63,893 nt of DNA from an uncultured Bacilli bacterium (GTDB lineage: Bacteria > Bacillota_I > Bacilli_A > RF39 > UBA660). Shown in pieces: positions 58,325 to 63,893 of this stretch. The stretch lies in assembly GCA_934096405.1 (NCBI GenBank), contig CAKOLW010000005.1, positions 1 to 63,893 on the forward strand, written 5' to 3'. Numbering within the stretch: position 1 is the stretch's first letter; each line of letters opens with the position of its first letter. Position numbers and translations under genes: made by a program. Below the pieces are notes generated by a model. That model was not told where the DNA came from, did not search any database, and saw nothing but the letters and a program-made list of their open reading frames with translations.

Positions 58325-59911
58325 ATGAAATTAATTAGTTTAATAATAAATAATAATACTGCTATTGTAGAGATAATTAATAAACGTTTTAGTAGAGATA
58401 TTAACAATAATGTTATGAATAACAATACTCTTTTATATACTTCATATTTTATAAGAAAGAATAAAGAAGTAATTAATGAAATATTAGAAATTAAGTATAT
58501 AGAAAATTATATATATAAAGATTTTGAAAGCTTTTATGTATTAGGTAGTATAGTAAGTGGGAGTAGTGTAACTTTTGATATAGAAGAATCTCTTACTGTT
58601 AAGGCTTGTAATATATTAGTTAGTATGAAAAGACTTAAATATGTAAAATGTTATTTTATGCCTAGTGATTATGTTCATAAATTAGCAGAAAAAAATATTT
58701 CAGTTAATTTTACTAATGATTATAGTTTTACTAGTGATTTTATAAATAGTAATGGATTTAAAAATTTAAAAAGTTTATATTATAAAAAAATTATTTATTT
58801 TTATAGAGAAGAGGATGTTTATAATAATTTAGAAGATTTTTTGAGAGTAAATATTTCTTTGAAAGTTATACATTTATATTTTTATTCTACTAAATCTATA
58901 AAATATATTACTGAAGAATTAACTAAGTATAAAGAAAATGAAGTTAATATTTATATACATCTTAATGATTTTAATAAAGAAACTATTAAAAATGATGTTA
59001 ATAACTTAAGAGATATTAACAAAAAATTTAATAAAAAAGATAAAAAAATAAAGATTATATATAGTAATGATTTTTTTAATAACAATATTTTTAAAGAACT
59101 TACTTTAAATACTATTAAATTATGTTTAGTGTTAATTATGTATTTGGGATTAATATTAATTATATCTAATAAATATCATGAATATTTGGCTCTTGTAGAA
59201 CTTAGAAAATTGGAAATGTCTTTAATAGAAAATAATAGTCAAGTAAATGACAATATAGATGAAATAGATGATATACAAGAAATAGTGGAACCTGAGCCAG
59301 ATAATAATGAAGAACCAGTTGATGAAGAACCTAAGTATGTAAACTATTATGCAAATATACCGACAACTTTTGACAAACTTTTACAAATTAATAAAAATGT
59401 AGTGGGATGGGTAACTGTTAATAATACTAAGGCTAATTATCCTGTTTTACAAGGTCCTTATAATGAATTTTATAATACTCATGATATTTATGATAGAGAA
59501 GTAATTACTGGATGGATTTATATGGATTCTAGAAATAATAGTAAAGAGTTAGATCAAAATACTATAATTTATGGACATAATTTAATAAGTGGGTATATGT
59601 TTGGAGATTTAAAGAGTACTACTAATTATAGTTGGTATACTAATCCAGAAAATAAATATATTACTTTTAATACATTAGATAGAGAAATGAAATGGGAGAT
59701 TTTTTCTATATACAGAATAGATTATACTACTGATTATTTAAAGACTAATTTCTTTAATGATAAACAGTATAATGAATTTATAGATTTAATTAAAAATAGA
59801 AGTATATATAATTTTAATGTTAATGTTAATCCAACTGATAAAATATTGACTTTATCTACTTGTTCAGGTAGTTCTAGAAGATTAGTAATTCATGCAAAAT
59901 TAGTAAATTAA
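58325..59911 (+). CDS. Class B sortase with a ~250-aa N-terminal cytoplasmic extension
   Basis: C-terminal ~190 aa: VVGWVTV..TKANYPVLQG, IIYGHN, LTLSTCS, RLVIHAKL (SrtB hallmarks). Preceded by a TM (LCLVLIMYLGLILIISN), an acidic linker and a long unassigned N-domain. Confidence 0.8.
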   Translation: MKLISLIINNNTAIVEIINKRFSRDINNNVMNNNTLLYTSYFIRKNKEVINEILEIKYIENYIYKDFESFYVLGSIVSGSSVTFDIEESLTVKACNILVSMKRLKYVKCYFMPSDYVHKLAEKNISVNFTNDYSFTSDFINSNGFKNLKSLYYKKIIYFYREEDVYNNLEDFLRVNISLKVIHLYFYSTKSIKYITEELTKYKENEVNIYIHLNDFNKETIKNDVNNLRDINKKFNKKDKKIKIIYSNDFFNNNIFKELTLNTIKLCLVLIMYLGLILIISNKYHEYLALVELRKLEMSLIENNSQVNDNIDEIDDIQEIVEPEPDNNEEPVDEEPKYVNYYANIPTTFDKLLQINKNVVGWVTVNNTKANYPVLQGPYNEFYNTHDIYDREVITGWIYMDSRNNSKELDQNTIIYGHNLISGYMFGDLKSTTNYSWYTNPENKYITFNTLDREMKWEIFSIYRIDYTTDYLKTNFFNDKQYNEFIDLIKNRSIYNFNVNVNPTDKILTLSTCSGSSRRLVIHAKLVN

Positions 59912-59929
59912 AAAACTGAAGGTTAAAAT

Positions 59930-61699
59930 TTAATCTTCAGTTTTATTTATCATCCAACTATTAAATATGTCAGCATTAGCACTTTCTGGAGGTGGTGATG
60001 CTTTTTCCATTTTAACTATCATTGGAATTTTAAGTATTCTACCAAATGCAACACATGTGCCTGGTTGTAAGCTTTTTTGTTTTTCTATTATATCTGCACT
60101 CATGTTAGGTATCATTCTTGTTATGTAGTCTAGGTCTTCTGGATGTGTTATTTTAAATATTATAAAGTTGTCTGCTTGGCTTATAACATTACTATTTAAG
60201 TCTGTGGGTCTTTGAGTAATTAAGTCTAATAGTACTCCATGTTTTCTACCTTCTTTTGCAACTCTTTCAAATATATTATAACCTAGTAAGTCCACATCAT
60301 CATTTTGTATAACATATCTATGTGCTTCTTCTAAAATTATATGTAGTGGTATACTAGCTCTTGGTTCATTTACTTTACCAAATGCTAAAAAAAGTCTAGC
60401 AAATATTTTTGTTACAGTTCTTGCAAATCTATCATCTACATCTTCTAAGTTAATGTTTATAACTTGAGCTTTTTTATTATCTTTTGTAGTTACTAGATAA
60501 GCTATAAATTCTTTTATACTGTTGTATTTTTTATCAGTAAAGAAAATACTATTAGAACTATTTATTAGATTATGTAGTTTTACTTTTAAACTAATTGCTT
60601 CATCATACATGTCTGGATTTAATAAGTATCTTTCACTAAATAGGGTAAAGTTTAATGCTACTTCTAATTCTTTTAGACCATATGTTACGTTAGATGTATC
60701 TATATTCCATTTTTTATCATCTTGTATAAAACTTTCTATGTATTCAGCTATTATCGTTCTTTCTGCAAATCTTCCTTCACTGTCTATATCAAAACAATGT
60801 CTGAATACTCTTGTAAAACCTACACCTGGGATTATTGCATTTAAATTAATTTGATCTGTGTATGTATTGGCAACTATATCAAATATTTGGTCTCTTATTT
60901 TAGCACTTGTTTGATTAGTATACATTATTGAAGTAATTGCTTTAGCTAATAAGTGATTTTTGTATTCTATAACTTCTTTAGAGTTTGAAGAAAATATTTT
61001 GGCAAGTTCAATAGCACTTTCTACTATAGATATTTGGCTAAATTTAGTAGCGTCTAGTATGTTTAATATATCATCTATAGTTAATAATGATACTGGTATT
61101 TGTAGTTTTTCATTACCTTCATTGATTAATCTTTTATTTGTAGTTATTAATTTGTAGTGTAAGTTTTCGTTTATTTTGTTTAAGTCTTTGAAAGCATTAA
61201 TGTATTCTCCATATGAATCAAATATGAACATATTAGCTTTATATGGAAGAGCTTGCATGTTATATACGTTTTGTATTATTCTACATATTCCATATGTTTT
61301 ACCACTACCAGAATTACCAAATATAGCAGAGTGATTACTAAATAAGTCATTTAAGTTAACACTTACAGGATAATCTTTATATAATGGACTTACTCCTAGA
61401 GTAAAACTCATTTTGTCTCCACCTACTAATACATGTAATTCTTTTTCATTTATTATTCTAACTTTGGCATCTAAACTAGGTTTTTTTATTAAACCTCCTA
61501 CAAAGTTAGTATCATTTATTTCTCCTAAAAAATTTATTTTAACACTAGAACCATCTATGTCTTCAACTTCTCCTAGAATTCTTTTATCTTTGTCTTCAAA
61601 AATAACATGTAAGTTTAAGATATCTCCTAGATTTTTGGCATCTATGGTTAGATTTACTATTGCATAATTTTTATTTATTGCTTTAATATTGCCAAACAT
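59930..61699 (-). CDS. HerA/DUF87-type ATPase (FtsK-HerA superfamily), stand-alone
   Basis: N-terminal barrel-like region (AIVNL...LHVIFED...ILGEVEDI), Walker A GNSGSGKTYG, Walker B HIILEEAHRY, KEGRKHGVLLDLITQRPTDL. Confidence 0.8.
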   Translation of the reverse strand: MFGNIKAINKNYAIVNLTIDAKNLGDILNLHVIFEDKDKRILGEVEDIDGSSVKINFLGEINDTNFVGGLIKKPSLDAKVRIINEKELHVLVGGDKMSFTLGVSPLYKDYPVSVNLNDLFSNHSAIFGNSGSGKTYGICRIIQNVYNMQALPYKANMFIFDSYGEYINAFKDLNKINENLHYKLITTNKRLINEGNEKLQIPVSLLTIDDILNILDATKFSQISIVESAIELAKIFSSNSKEVIEYKNHLLAKAITSIMYTNQTSAKIRDQIFDIVANTYTDQINLNAIIPGVGFTRVFRHCFDIDSEGRFAERTIIAEYIESFIQDDKKWNIDTSNVTYGLKELEVALNFTLFSERYLLNPDMYDEAISLKVKLHNLINSSNSIFFTDKKYNSIKEFIAYLVTTKDNKKAQVININLEDVDDRFARTVTKIFARLFLAFGKVNEPRASIPLHIILEEAHRYVIQNDDVDLLGYNIFERVAKEGRKHGVLLDLITQRPTDLNSNVISQADNFIIFKITHPEDLDYITRMIPNMSADIIEKQKSLQPGTCVAFGRILKIPMIVKMEKASPPPESANADIFNSWMINKTED

Positions 61700-61774
61700 A
61701 ACTACACCTCTTTATTCTAAAATAATGTTACCATAAGTCTAGGAAAGTTTCAATTAATTTTTGATAAAATTAGA

Positions 61775-61803
61775 TTGAATAGTGTAGTAGATTATGATAT
61801 AAT
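61775..61803 (+). promoter_or_regulatory. Sigma-A-type promoter in front of leader copy 2
   Basis: TTGAAT, 17 nt spacer, TATAAT. About 14 nt upstream of the AAGGAG SD of the sORF. Confidence 0.6.
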
Positions 61804-61832
61804 TTTCATAGAATGTAAGGAGTAAAAGAACT

Positions 61833-61898
61833 ATGAAAGAAGTAATTCCTTTTGAAGCAAGTACCAAATTTGATACGAATTTCGGGGGGGGTTATTAG
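61833..61898 (+). CDS. Candidate leader sORF (21 aa, MKEVIPFEASTKFDTNFGGGY)
   Basis: AAGGAG at 61817..61822, 10 nt before the ATG. Same arrangement as copy 1. A +1 G change in the G8 tract would fuse it in frame to 61922..62635. Confidence 0.4.
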   Translation: MKEVIPFEASTKFDTNFGGGY

Positions 61899-61921
61899 AA
61901 AATAACTCTCATAGTTTTTTC

Positions 61922-62635
61922 GTGAAATTAAGTTCATGGGCGTTTGTCTATGAATTTTTTGCACAGCAAAAAATTCATAGATTTAAAAAAATTAAAAAAG
62001 TTATATTGGCACTGGGGGCGTGCTTTCTATGTCTGTTAAATATGAAAGCTGAATGCTCTTATAAAGAATTAAAAGAATTAAATGCGTTTGCTTCTCATGT
62101 GGAAACTAGTTATAAGTATAATGAAGAAACTGGTTTATTTGATTTAACAGTTACTAATTTAGGAGATAAAGCTTTTATTAGTGCTGGTATAAATGAATAT
62201 TATTTTCCTACAGATGGAGTGGTTACAATAAATAATTTGAATTTGGGAATGTCATATAAATATAATGTTTTTCCTTTATCGGCAGGTGATTGTGGTGGTG
62301 AACTATTAAGGGTTTTATATATTACTACTCCCTATAAGAATAATTTTTATGGTTCCTTAGCTTGTACTGGACATGAAGATTTAAGTGTTTGTAATTCTGA
62401 ATTTCTAGATTATAAGCTTAGTAAACAAACTTTTTTAAAATTGTTAGAAAAGAAGCCAAACGAAGAAGTACAAGATGATGACAAGAAAGATGAAGTAGTT
62501 AAACCTACATTTAAAGAACAAGCTATAGAGTTTATAGAAAATAATTATTTAAAAGTGTTATTACCACTTATTTCATTAATACTATCTATAAGTGTATTTA
62601 AGGTTGTGTTAAGAAAAGTAAAACATGGTATTTAG
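61922..62635 (+). CDS. Secreted, C-terminally tail-anchored Cys-containing protein (start uncertain)
   Basis: Signal-like KKIKKVILALGACFLCLLNMKA, a ~130-aa domain with 5 Cys, an acidic linker and a C-terminal TM plus basic tail. The GTG at 61922 has no SD and lies inside the leader hairpins. Confidence 0.6.
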   Translation: MKLSSWAFVYEFFAQQKIHRFKKIKKVILALGACFLCLLNMKAECSYKELKELNAFASHVETSYKYNEETGLFDLTVTNLGDKAFISAGINEYYFPTDGVVTINNLNLGMSYKYNVFPLSAGDCGGELLRVLYITTPYKNNFYGSLACTGHEDLSVCNSEFLDYKLSKQTFLKLLEKKPNEEVQDDDKKDEVVKPTFKEQAIEFIENNYLKVLLPLISLILSISVFKVVLRKVKHGI

Positions 62636-62649
62636 AAAGAGGTGTTAAA

Positions 62650-63300
62650 ATGTTGAAGAAAAAATTATTGTTTTTAATAATCATGTGTATAACTGGCATG
62701 AGCGTATTAAATGCTGATTGTGAAGAAGCTATGGAAGAAGGAAAATATTTAATATATTTTGTTGATAAAGCAATTGATACAAGCTATGATAATATACTTA
62801 ATATTTATATGCCTAAAGATGTTGTATATTTTAAAGTGAAAAATGATTTTAATAATGAAAATAAAACTTATACATCTATTGATAAAGATGATTCAAATCT
62901 TATTAAAATTAAAGCACCTACAAATTATGAAAATATTAAGTATACAATTGAGGTTTATTATGCAGATGCGTCTTGTGGAGTTGAACCAATTAATACATAT
63001 ACAGTTGAAACAGGAAAGTACAATGCTTTATCTGATATGAAAATTTGTTGGGACAAATTATATTTAGATGTTTGCGATACTAATTATGATGAAAAACAAA
63101 TAGAAAAATATAAAGATGTTAAAACAGAAGAAGAATTAACTAAAATAGTTAACAAACAATTAAAAGAGTATAATAGGGCTAATACAAAGCCAATTGATGT
63201 TGTTAAAAAATACTATTTGTATGTTTTAATTCCATTTTTGATTGTTAGTTGTTATTATATTCCTAAAATTATAATTGCTAAGAGAAAGAAGGGAGATTAA
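62650..63300 (+). CDS. Secreted, C-terminally tail-anchored Cys-containing protein
   Basis: Signal peptide MLKKKLLFLIIMCITGMSVLNA. Same overall layout as 61922..62635 (Cys-containing domain, charged linker, C-terminal TM, basic tail). SD agaggtg. Confidence 0.7.
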   Translation: MLKKKLLFLIIMCITGMSVLNADCEEAMEEGKYLIYFVDKAIDTSYDNILNIYMPKDVVYFKVKNDFNNENKTYTSIDKDDSNLIKIKAPTNYENIKYTIEVYYADASCGVEPINTYTVETGKYNALSDMKICWDKLYLDVCDTNYDEKQIEKYKDVKTEEELTKIVNKQLKEYNRANTKPIDVVKKYYLYVLIPFLIVSCYYIPKIIIAKRKKGD

Positions 63301-63893
63301 ATGAATAAGAGACTAGTTAAAATAACCTTATTGATTGCGATTTGCTTTTTTAGCAATTTTGTTGGATTAAAAGCACAAATTACTATTAAAAAATTATGTG
63401 AACAGGATGGTGGAATAACAACTAAGGGAATATTTAAATATGTTAAAACATATACTTACGCCTGTGATGATAATAATGGCAATACAACATGGTATTATGA
63501 TAAACCAGCAAATGAATGTCCAAAAGGTGAAACAATTCATAATGTGATGTATAAACCACAACATTTACTTACTACATTTATTGAAGGAAAAAATTTTGAA
63601 TTACTAGATAATTGGGATTATTATTGTTGTGAAATACCAACACATCCTCCTTGTGACAAGAATAGCTCTGAGTCTAAATATTATGATAAAAACGGACTAG
63701 AAATCGAGGGCGAAAATGCTGAAGAAGAATGGAATAATCAATGTGTTAATCCTGAACCGGATCCTATTCCAGAACCACCAAAACCTGATCCAGATGATGC
63801 TTGCTTTGATAAAGATGAAGAAGTTGGAAAAAATTGTAAAATAGATAATCCAACTAGTGATGTGGCTTGTAGTGGTGAAATAAAAGAAGATGA
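63301..63893 (+). CDS. Secreted Cys-rich protein, 5' part (runs off the right window edge)
   Basis: The ATG at 63301 abuts the previous stop. Signal peptide MNKRLVKITLLIAICFFSNFVGLKA. Many Cys and a Pro/Asp/Glu-rich segment (NPEPDPIPEPPKPDPDD). Open to the end of the window. Confidence 0.7.
   Translation, partial: MNKRLVKITLLIAICFFSNFVGLKAQITIKKLCEQDGGITTKGIFKYVKTYTYACDDNNGNTTWYYDKPANECPKGETIHNVMYKPQHLLTTFIEGKNFELLDNWDYYCCEIPTHPPCDKNSSESKYYDKNGLEIEGENAEEEWNNQCVNPEPDPIPEPPKPDPDDACFDKDEEVGKNCKIDNPTSDVACSGEIKED

Larger units (their letters stand above)
61758..61975 (+). promoter_or_regulatory. Conserved leader element, copy 2 (SD + sORF ending in G8 + two terminator-like hairpins)
   Basis: Homologous to 22289..22470. 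G8 at 61884..61891. ctatgaaag (61831..61839) pairs with ctctcatag (61906..61914) in 8 of 9 positions, then T6. Second hairpin ttcatgg/ctatgaa (61933..61954), then T6. Confidence 0.7.

Noticed and set aside
1-63893. CRISPR arrays, rRNA operons, IS elements or transposases, restriction-modification systems, toxin-antitoxin pairs and reverse transcriptases.
   Set aside because: I saw no regularly spaced direct repeats, no rRNA-like sequence, no transposase-like ORF or terminal inverted repeats, and no matching enzymatic motifs. The only recombinase is the prophage integrase.

Overview
About 64 kb of chromosome from a very AT-rich, endospore-forming Bacillota (Clostridia/Erysipelotrichia-like). 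It uses the standard code: TGA acts as a stop and TGG encodes Trp. Most of the window is ordinary core genome. This includes a GerA/GerC/GerB germinant-receptor operon, a TRAM/radical-Cys RNA uracil methyltransferase, cutA, priA-fmt, a gpsB-like gene, rnpB, a rodZ-like gene, pgsA, recA and nrdD-nrdG-dut with a divergent Crp/Fnr regulator. It also includes two ABC-2 exporter operons (one TetR-controlled), pepF, a LiaF/DUF4097 pair and assorted membrane proteins. Three accessory parts stand out. (1) A ~7.6 kb element at 48700..56285 is integrated into the 3' end of tRNA-Gly(UCC). It has the gene content of a filamentous (inovirus-like) phage: tandem ~58-aa coat-like genes, small hydrophobic proteins, two large membrane-anchored proteins and a small P-loop morphogenesis-type ATPase. 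It also carries a pMV158-type rolling-circle Rep with a textbook TACTACG/AC nick site in a GC hairpin, and a tyrosine integrase. (2) A conserved ~150-200 nt leader occurs twice (22289..22470 and 61758..61975) upstream of secreted-protein genes. Each copy contains a strong SD, a 20-21 codon sORF ending in a G8 homopolymer, and two terminator-like hairpins. In the second copy a +1 G change would fuse the sORF in frame to the downstream gene. (3) A surface-protein cluster lies at 56.9-63.9 kb. It holds a VWA protein with an NPQTG sorting signal, a class B sortase with a ~250-aa N-terminal extension, an orphan HerA/DUF87-type ATPase and a row of tail-anchored Cys-containing secreted proteins. There is also a gene-decay zone at 44.6-46.0 kb and a tandem paralog pair with a mosaic identity pattern. 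No rRNA genes or CRISPR arrays were seen.
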